The notes beneath the pieces are model-generated. The model was not told the origin of the DNA, ran no database searches, and was given only the letters and a program-made list of their open reading frames with translations. A program made the translations under genes and the position numbers. DNA of 64,000 nt, taken from a virus. Shown one piece after another: positions 35,815 to 44,906 of the stretch (positions are counted from its first letter, which is position 1; each line of letters begins with the position of its first letter). The DNA is taken from IMG/VR virus record IMGVR_UViG_3300037222_000116, positions 23,903 through 87,902 of that record; one strand, written 5' to 3'.

Positions 35815-36321
35815 ATGTTCAATTCCGATGACGAGAAGCTGTTGACGCTGGAGGAAATCCAGTATCTCTACTTTCTCGACTACGGGCCGTTGCCGCTGCT
35901 CAAGGAGCAGGCGCACGGTTGCATGCCGAGGCAGCAGCGGCTCTTCGACAAAGGCGAAGCGGCCATTGCCGGGACAAAGGATCGACCTGTCGTTTCGATC
36001 ACGCGCAAAGGCCGCGAGCGGCTCAATGCGTTCCGTCTCGGCCTCGAACAAGGCAACCCGTCGCTCGTCTGCAACAACTTCTGGAAGGCGCTACGCAGGC
36101 CGCAGGAGTTCTCGCTTTGGACCTTCGATACCCTCAACCTGCGTGAAGGCTTCACGCACTGGCACTTCGCCGAGATGCCCAAGGCAACCGACCTCGTCGG
36201 CGTAGGTGCCTTCGAGCCGTCGTTTCGATGGCCGGGTCCGCGCTCTACGAAGACAACGGAAGAGGTATTGGATTTGCTGCGAGATATGCCGCTGCACGGT
36301 CCCACTTCTCCCCGCCGCTGA
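35815..36321 (+). CDS. hypothetical protein
   Basis: ORF downstream of the operator. Confidence 0.55.
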   Translation: MFNSDDEKLLTLEEIQYLYFLDYGPLPLLKEQAHGCMPRQQRLFDKGEAAIAGTKDRPVVSITRKGRERLNAFRLGLEQGNPSLVCNNFWKALRRPQEFSLWTFDTLNLREGFTHWHFAEMPKATDLVGVGAFEPSFRWPGPRSTKTTEEVLDLLRDMPLHGPTSPRR

Positions 36322-36856
36322 TGCAGTCGTCCCCATAGGGGATCATGTTGTGTGCGTACTGCGGATTGCGAGCCTTGTAGGCGGGCCAATCGAGCCCGTA
36401 GTCAGCAATGCTCCCGAGTGCCCCCGGATGCTCGCCGGGCTTGCGGCGCGCTGCGGTCGCAAAGCGCCCGAGCCCTTGGTTGTGAGCGATTGCCAGATAC
36501 GCCCAGACGTCGGGCGTCGGCTCGTCCAAATCTGCCGCAGCGAGAATCGTGTCGAGCCGGAATTCGCATCGGTTGGCGAAGACGAAGCACGCGTCGTCGA
36601 GGTCGTAGAGAACAGCTTTGGGCCTCCCGGCTGCCTTGGCTTCGTCACTGTCGAGCTGGAGGAGCCCACCGGATTGAAAGCCTGAGGGCTCGGTGTCCAA
36701 TTCATTGAGCACGTAGTTCGTCTCGTGTTGCGCTGTCCCGCAGACGTGTTGGCAGGGAATGCGCGTCGTGTACTTGCGCCAGCAGGCAACGAGGTCTTCG
36801 GGACTGACGTAGCGCTTCACTCCATCGGGGACGTAGACGACCGTGCGCTGGCTCAT
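36245..36856 (-). CDS. lysozyme-like / lytic transglycosylase-type enzyme
   Basis: HETNY (catalytic Glu candidate), GGLLQL, AIAHNQG pattern. Confidence 0.65.
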   Translation of the reverse strand: MSQRTVVYVPDGVKRYVSPEDLVACWRKYTTRIPCQHVCGTAQHETNYVLNELDTEPSGFQSGGLLQLDSDEAKAAGRPKAVLYDLDDACFVFANRCEFRLDTILAAADLDEPTPDVWAYLAIAHNQGLGRFATAARRKPGEHPGALGSIADYGLDWPAYKARNPQYAHNMIPYGDDCISGGEKWDRAAAYLAANPIPLPLSS

Positions 36857-36922
36857 GGTGTGATCTCGTTTCTCAAATGGCTTGACGGTTGTAATCTCAC
36901 CGAATACAAAAGCCTACGTCCA

Positions 36923-37159
36923 ATGACAAAGCCCAAGAAGCCAGCGAAGCCGTCGTCCGCTCCCAAGCGAGCATACACGAGGCGAAAGCCCCTCAAGAAG
37001 CCGACGACGCCCTTCGCGCTGCGCATCGAGAAGGACTTGCTGGCGACCGCACGCCGACGGGCGGCAGAGCACGATCGCAGCCTTGGCAGCTACATCCGTC
37101 ATCTCATCAAGCAGGATTGCATCAAGGCAGTCCCGCCGACAACCCCCATCGCAGCATAG
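36923..37159 (+). CDS. ribbon-helix-helix DNA-binding protein
   Basis: FALRIEKDLL...AAEHDRSLGSYIRHLIKQD. Confidence 0.75.
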   Translation: MTKPKKPAKPSSAPKRAYTRRKPLKKPTTPFALRIEKDLLATARRRAAEHDRSLGSYIRHLIKQDCIKAVPPTTPIAA

Positions 37160-37178
37160 GAAGGAGTTGCACATCATC

Positions 37179-37400
37179 ATGGCAAAGGCATCGGCGGTTC
37201 CGGCAGCGTTCAAGAAGGGTGACAAGGTCAAGTTCGCCATCGCGTTCAACAACGGCAAGCAGCAGGGCTTTGTGAAGGGGACAGGAACCATCAAGGCCCT
37301 CGTCCCCAAGGACGCCATCAAAGGTGCGCGTCGTCTGACCGTCGTCGACGCCAAGAACAAGGTCTTCAAGCCCTTCCTCAAGCAGTGCAAGCCCGCCTAG
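37179..37400 (+). CDS. small basic KOW/SH3-like protein
   Basis: FKKGDKVKF...KGTGTIKA; AAGGAG RBS. Confidence 0.65.
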   Translation: MAKASAVPAAFKKGDKVKFAIAFNNGKQQGFVKGTGTIKALVPKDAIKGARRLTVVDAKNKVFKPFLKQCKPA

Positions 37401-37450
37401 ACAGGGTTGCTACACCGTAGTAGCGTCCCTGCCACAAACGGAGCAACTCA

Positions 37451-37741
37451 ATGAAACCCGGCACGCGCGTCTACCGTCCCAACGTCATCCACATCGACCT
37501 CCCGAACAAGATGTGCGTCGTCGAGCAACAGCTCGGCGTCGTGGCGGATGATGGCATTGCCGAGTTCCACGCCGCACCCAACGTCGCCATCCCGCTCGAT
37601 GAGACGCAGATGGAGATGCTCGGCGAGGCATTGGCTGAGCTGGAGACGATCGCCGCCAAGAAGCTCGGCGATTCGCTCGTGCTCTACATCCCGCCCGCAC
37701 CCAAGGCGGTCGAGACGCCCGCCACCACGGAGAAGAAGTAG
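37451..37741 (+). CDS. hypothetical protein
   Basis: GGAG RBS, strong codon bias. Confidence 0.65.
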   Translation: MKPGTRVYRPNVIHIDLPNKMCVVEQQLGVVADDGIAEFHAAPNVAIPLDETQMEMLGEALAELETIAAKKLGDSLVLYIPPAPKAVETPATTEKK

Positions 37742-37749
37742 GCATTGCA

Positions 37750-38010
37750 ATGGCGAAGAAGCAACCGTCATTGACTCTGCCTGAGTACGTCACCGTTCGC
37801 GGTGCGTCCGAGTGGAACACAACCGTCGACAAAGCCATTCACTGCATGCTCGTGCAGGCGTTGGCGGTGTCGAACGGCAACGTCCGTAGCGCCGCTGACG
37901 CGCTCGGTGTCGAGCGGACGACGGCATACAGGTATGTCCGCAAGTTCTCGTTGGCGAAGTGGGCTGCTGACCTCGTCGACAAGGCGAGCGCCTCCAAGAA
38001 AGCCGCGTAG
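37750..38010 (+). CDS. Fis-type HTH protein
   Basis: ALAVSNGNVRSAADALGVERTTAYRYVRKF. Confidence 0.8.
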   Translation: MAKKQPSLTLPEYVTVRGASEWNTTVDKAIHCMLVQALAVSNGNVRSAADALGVERTTAYRYVRKFSLAKWAADLVDKASASKKAA

Positions 38011-38069
38011 TTCTCCAGCAATGCCCTTCCGCCGTGACGCCCGTCACGGATCAAAGAAACCGATTCCTG

Positions 38070-38098
38070 TTGACACCTGTTGCAGAACTGCTACAGCT
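38070..38098 (+). promoter_or_regulatory. promoter TTGACA with operator TGTTGCA-GAAC-TGCTACA (38078-38095)
   Basis: -35 TTGACA; the operator overlaps the spacer and -10. Confidence 0.7.
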
Positions 38099-38173
38099 AT
38101 CCCTGCAACATCAACCGGACGCCTCGGCGAGTGCCGACCCGCAGAGGCGTTCACGTCTAACAGGGAGAACACC

Positions 38174-39463
38174 ATGTCGAACGTCACCAGTACCGCCATC
38201 AACGAAGCAGGAGCCGATCGCGTCGCCGAGCAGATGAAGGCTGCGGTCAACGCGGGCCTCGGCTTCAAGGGCAATCTCTACTTCGCCGCAGGGACGCGGC
38301 TGATCGACGCTGGCGAAAAAGCGTTTCAGGTCAAGCGGCAGGCGTGGGAGAACGGCGTTCCCGCCCGTGACCTCCTCGACGGGCAGATCGCGACGGCCTA
38401 CGCCGCCGAGGAGCGCAAGGACGTCGAGACGCCCGTCGAGTGGCTCAAGATGAACCCGCAGACCGGCCTCATTCACAGGTCCACCGGAGGCAACAAGTAC
38501 GGCGCGGGACTGACCGTCAGCAAGAAGGCGCTGTCGCAGATCCTCGACCGCGCAGGCGCTCCGGGGCACGCTGGCGCGTACCTGACCAAGTGCCCGGTCA
38601 ACATGCGCGCCGAGCACACGAACATCTGGCTCGGGCAGGAGAGCAACAGCGGCGGCGATCCGGTCGTCATCCGCACTCGGCTCGATGGCGCGATGCGTGG
38701 CATCTACGCCTGCGTCTCGCAGAAGTACGCCAAGATGGACTTCCCGCAGGCGATCGAGGCGTTCCTGCGGGCCGTGCCGGGCAGCGCCAAAGGCGAGTTC
38801 ACCTACGACGGCAACAAGTGGCGCTTCCGCGCGACCTTCCACAGCGACCTCATGCCCTCGGAAGTAGTCGTTGGCGACATCTACCAGCTCTCCGCGTGGA
38901 TCGAGGGCGTCGATGACGCGAGCGGTAGCGTTGTCATCGGCCTCGACGCAGCGCGCGTCGCCTGCGTCAACCTGACGACGATTTATGCAAAGACCATCGA
39001 GGGATCTGTCCGTCACATGGGCAAGGCGATGCTCGACAAGATTGCCGCTGTCAGCGCGTCCGTGATGACCAAGGCCGCGCCCTTCGTCGATGCGTGGACG
39101 GCGGCGACCAAGGATGTCATCTGCGAGCAGGCGTCCGAGAAGGGCGTCCAGTGGGTGTTCGTGCAGCTCGTCAAGGACGGCTACGTGAAGAGTGTCGGCG
39201 CGGACCCGATGGTCCTCGTCGAGCGCTTCATGCGCGCGTGGCAGAAGGAGCCCGGCTACTGCAAGAGTGACATCATCAACGCCATCACGCGGTCTGCCCA
39301 CGAAGACGCGTGGCGCTCGCCGTGGGCGACGACGGAGCTGGAGGCGCAGGCGGGCGAGTTGCTCTTCCAGAAAGTCATCGACCTCGCGCCCTACGACGCG
39401 GGCTTCGTCATGGCTCCCGTCGACGGGACGGTCAATCGCTTCGCGACGCTGGAGGTGGGCTGA
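38174..39463 (+). CDS. DUF932-like phage protein
   Basis: IRTR...ACVSQKY, D.SGSV...RVACVN, RHMG, INAITR..H pattern. Confidence 0.75.
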   Translation: MSNVTSTAINEAGADRVAEQMKAAVNAGLGFKGNLYFAAGTRLIDAGEKAFQVKRQAWENGVPARDLLDGQIATAYAAEERKDVETPVEWLKMNPQTGLIHRSTGGNKYGAGLTVSKKALSQILDRAGAPGHAGAYLTKCPVNMRAEHTNIWLGQESNSGGDPVVIRTRLDGAMRGIYACVSQKYAKMDFPQAIEAFLRAVPGSAKGEFTYDGNKWRFRATFHSDLMPSEVVVGDIYQLSAWIEGVDDASGSVVIGLDAARVACVNLTTIYAKTIEGSVRHMGKAMLDKIAAVSASVMTKAAPFVDAWTAATKDVICEQASEKGVQWVFVQLVKDGYVKSVGADPMVLVERFMRAWQKEPGYCKSDIINAITRSAHEDAWRSPWATTELEAQAGELLFQKVIDLAPYDAGFVMAPVDGTVNRFATLEVG

Positions 39464-39696
39464 TGGAACGCTACCTCGTCACCTGCCAAGGCTACAAGAC
39501 CGAGCGCAAGCTGATGGCTGGTGAGGACGCGCAGGCAGCTTGTCTCGCGCAGGAGATCCTCGCGGACGACGGCTACGCGCGCATCGTCATGGCCGAGGGA
39601 CGCATCATCGCCGATGCGGACGGCAACTTCGTCCGTGGTGGGCACCGTCCCGACGCGGCGACGCAGACCGGGATGTACGATCGGGGGGACTGCTAA
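39463..39696 (+). CDS. hypothetical protein
   Basis: TGATG overlap. Confidence 0.55.
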   Translation: MERYLVTCQGYKTERKLMAGEDAQAACLAQEILADDGYARIVMAEGRIIADADGNFVRGGHRPDAATQTGMYDRGDC

Positions 39697-39706
39697 CAGG
39701 TTCACC

Positions 39707-39876
39707 GGGAGGGCGAGTGATGCGGGCGGTAGTGACGCCTCGGACCTCGCCCTCCCACTTTCTACGCAGCCCCCGACGACGGCGTTCAGGAATCTGTGGG
39801 GCGTTGACTGGTCTACTCCCGCAGCAGCGCACCCGGTCGGCCCGGTTCGCTCGCGTCGGAGGCTGCGTAGAAAGTG
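39707..39876. ncRNA. candidate structured ncRNA or DNA hairpin element
   Basis: 11-bp stem 39707-39717/39746-39756; 22/23 stem 39756-39778/39854-39876 enclosing a further stem. Confidence 0.5.
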
Positions 39877-39932
39877 CAGTAAGGCAAGAGCACACCACTC
39901 GAAGGCGTCATGTACGCCGAAGGAGATAACCC

Positions 39933-40838
39933 ATGAAGCGCGCATTTCGTAACACCAACTTTCGTCCTGATTCACTCGCCCGCATTGCTCAGATGGATAG
40001 CATTGTCCGCGAGTACGCGAGGCAGAACCTTCGCCTGACAGCCCGCCAGCTCTACTACCAATTCGTCAGCCGCGACTTCATTCCCAACACGCCACGCAGC
40101 TACAAGAACTTGACGTCGCTGCTCGCCGACGCGCGCTACGCCGGGCTGGTCGATTGGGATGCGATCGAGGACCGCGGGCGCGAGGCCGACACGCCGTCGC
40201 AGTGGGAAAACATTTCGGGCCTCGTAGACAGTGCTGCGCGCGCGTTTCGTCTTCCCCGCTGGCGTGGGCAGGATACCTACGCTGAGTTGTGGGTTGAGAA
40301 GCAAGCCCTCGCGGGCGTCCTCGAACCGCTCGCGCGTGAGTTCCACGTCACGCTGATGGTCAACAAGGGCTATTCGTCGGCGTCAGCCATGTACGCCAGT
40401 GCGCAACGCATCCAGCAAGGTGTTGAAGCATGTGACAGCGAGCAGGAGGCGACCGTCTTCTACCTCGGGGACCACGATCCCTCGGGTGAAGACATGGTTC
40501 GCGACATCACCGATCGGCTCACCGAGTTCGGGTGCGACGTCAACGTCGAGAAGCTCGCGCTGACGATGGAGCAAGTGCGGCAATACAACCCGCCGCCGAA
40601 CCCCGCCAAGACGACAGACAGCCGCTATGCCGCCTACGCTGCCGAGCATGGCGGGTCGAGCTGGGAGGTCGATGCGCTGCCGCCGAACGTGCTGTCGCAG
40701 ATCATCCGCGACGCCTTCGAGAACATCATCGACGGCGATCTCATGGACGCCATCAAGACCCGTGAGCAAACCTTGATCGGTGAGTTGCGCACAGCAGCGC
40801 GAACGCTCGACGAAACGGTTTCCTCCGACGAGGAATAG
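39933..40838 (+). CDS. TOPRIM nuclease-like protein (topoisomerase VI-A-like)
   Basis: LTARQLYYQ winged helix; WVEKQAL, GYSS, YLGDHDPSG, WEVDAL. Confidence 0.85.
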   Translation: MKRAFRNTNFRPDSLARIAQMDSIVREYARQNLRLTARQLYYQFVSRDFIPNTPRSYKNLTSLLADARYAGLVDWDAIEDRGREADTPSQWENISGLVDSAARAFRLPRWRGQDTYAELWVEKQALAGVLEPLAREFHVTLMVNKGYSSASAMYASAQRIQQGVEACDSEQEATVFYLGDHDPSGEDMVRDITDRLTEFGCDVNVEKLALTMEQVRQYNPPPNPAKTTDSRYAAYAAEHGGSSWEVDALPPNVLSQIIRDAFENIIDGDLMDAIKTREQTLIGELRTAARTLDETVSSDEE

Positions 40839-40858
40839 CAAGAAAATCGAAAAATAAT

Positions 40859-40888
40859 TTGACGGCGTGTTGCAGAATTGCTACAGGT
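40859..40888 (+). promoter_or_regulatory. promoter TTGACG with operator TGTTGCA-GAAT-TGCTACA (40868-40885)
   Basis: AT-rich UP element, -35, operator over the -10. Confidence 0.7.
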
Positions 40889-40936
40889 CAGGAAAGCATT
40901 TCTGCAACACCACCGACAACGGGAGGAACAGACAAA

Positions 40937-41917
40937 ATGGCAAACGGCATCCTCAAGACCCTCGACGCAGGCCGCGAAGAAATCTTCCTCGTCGATCCCT
41001 CCAAGTTGACCGTCATTACCGACGCGAAGCACCCGCTCTACGACCCGCGCGTCGAGCGCCCGTTCGAGGAGGCGATGGTCAAGAACATCATGGTCAACGG
41101 CGTCATCGAGCCGCTGATCGTCAAAAAGGATGGCGAGGCGTCCCTCGTCGTCATCGACGGTCGCCAGCGTCGTGTCAATGCCATCGAGGCCAATCGTCGT
41201 TTCGCCGAGCAGGGCATTGCCATTCTCAAAGTCCCGTGCCGTCTGCGCAAGGGCGACGACAAGGCGCTCTTCGGCGTGATGATCGGCAGCAACGAGATCC
41301 GCTCGAACGACGAGCTGTACGAGAAGATCACCAAGGCCAAGCGCAGCCTCGACATGGGCTACACCAACGAGGAGATCGCCGTTCAGTTCGGCGTGCATCT
41401 TCGCACCGTCGAGAACTGGATGGCCTATCTCGACTGCACGGCGTCCGTCCAGAAAGCAGTTCGTGAGGGCACGCTCACGATGACGGCAGCGCTCAAGTTC
41501 TCGAAGCTCTCCGAGGACGACCAGCGCACGGCGCTCGCCGAAGCCAAGGCCAACGGCCCGATGAAGGGCGCTGCGGCGTCGGCGGCTGCCACGCAGGCGG
41601 TCGCCGAGGTCAAGGCGTCCAAGTCCAAGGCGGGGCGTCCCAAGGGCAGCGGTGCCAAGACCAAGGAGCCCAAGGACGAGCAGGAGAAGACGCCGGGCGC
41701 GCTGCCGTCCCGGTCGCCGAAGTTCCTCAAGCGCTGGCGCATCGCACTGACCGACCAGCAGACCTCCCACGACACGTCCAAAGCCGACGCGCGCCTCGCC
41801 GGGCAGGTGCGCGACGTCATCGCGTTCATCTACAGCGGCGACCTCAAGGAGCTGTCCGACCTCCCCGAGTGCATCAAGACGGCGGCGAAGGCGGCTCGCA
41901 AAGCGAAGAAGGCGTAG
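40937..41917 (+). CDS. ParB-like protein
   Basis: GVIEPLIV...VIDGRQR...NEIR, HTH (EEIAVQFG). Confidence 0.85.
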   Translation: MANGILKTLDAGREEIFLVDPSKLTVITDAKHPLYDPRVERPFEEAMVKNIMVNGVIEPLIVKKDGEASLVVIDGRQRRVNAIEANRRFAEQGIAILKVPCRLRKGDDKALFGVMIGSNEIRSNDELYEKITKAKRSLDMGYTNEEIAVQFGVHLRTVENWMAYLDCTASVQKAVREGTLTMTAALKFSKLSEDDQRTALAEAKANGPMKGAAASAAATQAVAEVKASKSKAGRPKGSGAKTKEPKDEQEKTPGALPSRSPKFLKRWRIALTDQQTSHDTSKADARLAGQVRDVIAFIYSGDLKELSDLPECIKTAAKAARKAKKA

Positions 41918-41918
41918 C

Positions 41919-42171
41919 CGTGGCCCGCGACCCCGCCAAGCTGCTCGACCGCGTGATTCAGGAGTTGCAGGACGGCTATCCGATGACGGCAAGCTGCCTG
42001 CGCAGCGTTCGGGACAACGCTGCGTTCGCTGCGCCCGAGATGCGTGAGCAAAAGCTCTGGCGTGAAGTCTCGGCCATTCTCACGCGCGACGCACCAGCAC
42101 CGCCAACGGCGAAGCATTGCCCCGAGGCGTGGAAGCGCGTCGCCGACATCTGGACGAAGGGAGAGACGTAG
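41919..42171 (+). CDS. hypothetical protein
   Basis: GTG start just after the parB-like stop. Confidence 0.5.
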
Positions 42172-42173
42172 CC

Positions 42174-42701
42174 ATGTCCATCGTGACTGCCGTCGACGAC
42201 GTAGTCCTGCGCGGGCCGCAGCCGAGCAACATTCCGAGCGATCCGGGCTCGTGGAGCGAGTTGTCCGACATGGGTGTCAATGCCGTTCTCAAGCTCAACT
42301 TCGAGGACGAAGGTACCGACAAGCAGGCGACGGAAGTCTACGGCATGTTCGTCTACACCGAGGGCATGCACCCGTCGACGAAGGGTGTTGACATCGAAGG
42401 TTGGATTGACGAGCCCGCGTGCTTTGATCTTCAAGTGCGTGTTCGCCAGCTCGTCAACATCGTTACCAACTACCGGCGAATCTACGCCGAGTTCCCGAGC
42501 GCGAAACCGCTTCCCAAGGTCTATGTGCATTGTGTCCACGGGCACGACCGCACGGGGCTGATCATCGCGCTCTATCGGCTCGCCTGCGGCTGGACGGTCG
42601 ACGCCGCCGAGAAGGAGATGCTCGACATGGGCTTTCACCGGGGGCTGGTGGGCCTGTATCGGGCGTGGCTGGCCGCGAAAGCAACCGGGGGTGTCCTGTG
42701 A
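42174..42701 (+). CDS. dual-specificity / tyrosine phosphatase
   Basis: RGPQP and VYVHCVHGHDRTG (CX5R). Confidence 0.9.
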   Translation: MSIVTAVDDVVLRGPQPSNIPSDPGSWSELSDMGVNAVLKLNFEDEGTDKQATEVYGMFVYTEGMHPSTKGVDIEGWIDEPACFDLQVRVRQLVNIVTNYRRIYAEFPSAKPLPKVYVHCVHGHDRTGLIIALYRLACGWTVDAAEKEMLDMGFHRGLVGLYRAWLAAKATGGVL

Positions 42702-43561
42702 GCGAGAAGCTGATCGAGGCGATGAATGCGCGTGATGGTGGCGACGGTGCGGCGGCGATGGATGTCACCGCTGCTCACGGCGGCAAAACGCGAGGACCGT
42801 ACATTCAGTTCACGCTGCTCAGTTTGCAGGAGTTCATCCAGCTCGACCGGAAAGCGATTCACATCCTGCACGACAAGCTCGGTCAGTGGCTCGACGAGCA
42901 ACTTCCGCGCAACGGCACGGTCGACGAGAACACGTTGACTCATCATTACGGATTCGGTGATGGCGACGATGTCTGGTGCAAAGGCGCACTCGACATCACG
43001 TCTCACGCCGACGTGTCCCGAGGCCCGTGCCTTCAGGTCACGCTCGACGGGCACACGGTCGAGCGCCTCGACTTCGATCAAGTCGATCAGATGACCAAGG
43101 CACTCTACGAGTGGGTTAGGAGCCATTCGCAGACGCAGCGAGCGCCGTTCGTCAGCGTGATGGTCGATGCCCTCGAAGAGCAGCTCGCCAATGCCCGAGC
43201 GGAGGTTGCTGCGCTGCGTGGTGAGGTTGTTGAGTTGAAGACCAAGAACGAAACCTTTGCCACCAATCATTTGAAGATGCTCTCGGAAGACAATTCCGAA
43301 GAACGCATCGACAAGCTGACAAAGCTCTCACACACTCGCCTGCACGAGATGCTCGTCTTGCGGGAGTACTACGAGGCACAGCGCGCTTCTAGCCGTCTGC
43401 GCACAGGAAAGACCTTTGCCTCTGCTGATCCCGCTGCCGAAGAGCGGCTTGCGCGTGCTGAGCGAGCTGCTCTTCTCCTTGGCTACCCGTGCAGCGATTG
43501 TCCCTACGACCACGCCTGCGAGCTGGACGTTGGCGGCTGCATGCGCAAGAGGAGCCGATAG
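42698..43561 (+). CDS. hypothetical protein with an internal duplication and coiled coil
   Basis: RGPYIQFTL / RGPCLQVTL repeat; C-terminal Cys cluster. Confidence 0.6.
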   Translation: MSEKLIEAMNARDGGDGAAAMDVTAAHGGKTRGPYIQFTLLSLQEFIQLDRKAIHILHDKLGQWLDEQLPRNGTVDENTLTHHYGFGDGDDVWCKGALDITSHADVSRGPCLQVTLDGHTVERLDFDQVDQMTKALYEWVRSHSQTQRAPFVSVMVDALEEQLANARAEVAALRGEVVELKTKNETFATNHLKMLSEDNSEERIDKLTKLSHTRLHEMLVLREYYEAQRASSRLRTGKTFASADPAAEERLARAERAALLLGYPCSDCPYDHACELDVGGCMRKRSR

Positions 43562-43774
43562 GTGGACCCCAACCAGAATTTGCGTGAGCAGCGGCGTCTG
43601 GTTGCTGAGATCCAACGCGTCAGCGTGTGCTGTGTTGGCGATATGGATTCGTCGCTCGGCGAAGAGCTTGCTGAGTTGGTCAAGGCCCTCGACGAGTGGA
43701 TCTCGAAGGGCGGTTTCCTCCCGTCGGCGTGGGGAGGTTGTGACGGCGTGCATCAAGAGCCGCACCGCTCGTGA
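43562..43774 (+). CDS. small phage protein (MDPN...LDEWISKGGFLP type)
   Basis: Recurrent small phage protein pattern. Confidence 0.65.
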   Translation: MDPNQNLREQRRLVAEIQRVSVCCVGDMDSSLGEELAELVKALDEWISKGGFLPSAWGGCDGVHQEPHRS

Positions 43775-44439
43775 CCGACGACAAGAAGAAGCCGGTCGTC
43801 TTGATGCTCGGCGACGAGAGCAATCATCTTGCTCTCCAGCGGGAGCTGCTCGACTACGAGGTGCGTCGGCGTGGTGTGCTCAACAACGACAGCGACCTCG
43901 ACATGAAAGACATCTCGTGTCTGCTCTCGCCGGGACCGACGCTGACGAACAGCGCGCTGCGCGACCCGTTCACGTTCAAGCCCGACCACCGCGTCATCAT
44001 GCTCGACGGACACATGCCTGACCTCTCACCGAAGCCCGCTGACGAGCTTCGCTATTGGGCTGCTCCCGAGGGACATCACCCTTGGTCCGAGAAGCCCTAT
44101 GCTGCTCGCTGGGACTCTCCTGAATACACGGCTGACAGCGAACGCCAGAAGGCCAAGGCGCGCGAGAAGCGAGAGAAGCGCAAGGCCAAGGCCGCTGCGG
44201 TCGAGTTCCGCCATGCCTCCCGAGCTGTTTTCCCCATCAACGATCTAGACGATCGCAACGTGAGCCCGCTCGACTTCAAATGCCTTGTCTGCGGCGCTCG
44301 CGTCGACGTGCTCTGTGTTCCTGCCACCAACGGCGTCCACATGATGCGGATGGCGCAGGCGGCAACACCGGCTGGTGGTGACGCGGACAAGACGATGCGC
44401 GAGGCGATTGACATTGCCTTGGGAGGAAACAAGCCATGA
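43771..44439 (+). CDS. hypothetical protein with a Cys/His motif
   Basis: CLVC...C...HxxR. Confidence 0.55.
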   Translation: MTDDKKKPVVLMLGDESNHLALQRELLDYEVRRRGVLNNDSDLDMKDISCLLSPGPTLTNSALRDPFTFKPDHRVIMLDGHMPDLSPKPADELRYWAAPEGHHPWSEKPYAARWDSPEYTADSERQKAKAREKREKRKAKAAAVEFRHASRAVFPINDLDDRNVSPLDFKCLVCGARVDVLCVPATNGVHMMRMAQAATPAGGDADKTMREAIDIALGGNKP

Positions 44440-44906
44440 CGCTCGAAGTCGTTTCCGGGGTGATTATCAGGGACGGAAGAATTCTCCTGACGCAGAGAAA
44501 AGCCACGCAGGACTTCCCGTTTCATTGGGAGTCGCCGGGCGGCAAGGTCGAGGGCATGGGCGAGAGTCATCACAGTGCCCTTCGTCGTGAGCTGGAGGAA
44601 GAAGTCGGCTTGACCTCCGTCGACATTGCCATGCAGCCTTTGTGGACCGGCAAGATCAAGCGCCAGCGGGCCGAAGACGGATACGCCTACGTCCATCTCT
44701 ACCGCTGCGAGAGCACTCCTGTCGGCGGGCTCCTACAAGAGCCAAAGCCCCTCGAAGGCCAAGGCATCGGTTGGTTCGCCGCCAACGAGTTGCAGGTGTT
44801 GCTGTTGGCTCCAGCCAATGCTCTCGCTCGTGCTTTGTTGTTCAGAGCCGTCTGTCAATCTGAGCAGAAAATAGGCCCTGCTCAGCGCTCGAAGGTTGGC
44901 CTGTGA
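44436..44906 (+). CDS. NUDIX hydrolase (MutT-like)
   Basis: WESPGGKVE...ALRRELEEEVG NUDIX box. Confidence 0.92.
   Translation: MTLEVVSGVIIRDGRILLTQRKATQDFPFHWESPGGKVEGMGESHHSALRRELEEEVGLTSVDIAMQPLWTGKIKRQRAEDGYAYVHLYRCESTPVGGLLQEPKPLEGQGIGWFAANELQVLLLAPANALARALLFRAVCQSEQKIGPAQRSKVGL

Noticed and set aside
37802-38173. Long N-terminal extension of the DUF932-like ORF given in the ORF track
   Set aside because: It overlaps the Fis-like gene and a clear promoter/operator; an RBS supports the start at 38174.
39707-39876. Retron msr-msd
   Set aside because: Long inverted repeats are present, but no reverse transcriptase gene is seen in the window.
39933-40838. Wadjet defence system
   Set aside because: Only a standalone TOPRIM gene; no SMC/kleisin partners.
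33733-41992. Long antisense ORFs (e.g. 33733-35223, 38111-39301, 40634-41992)
   Set aside because: Shadow frames of GC-rich, codon-biased genes on the other strand, with no recognisable motifs.
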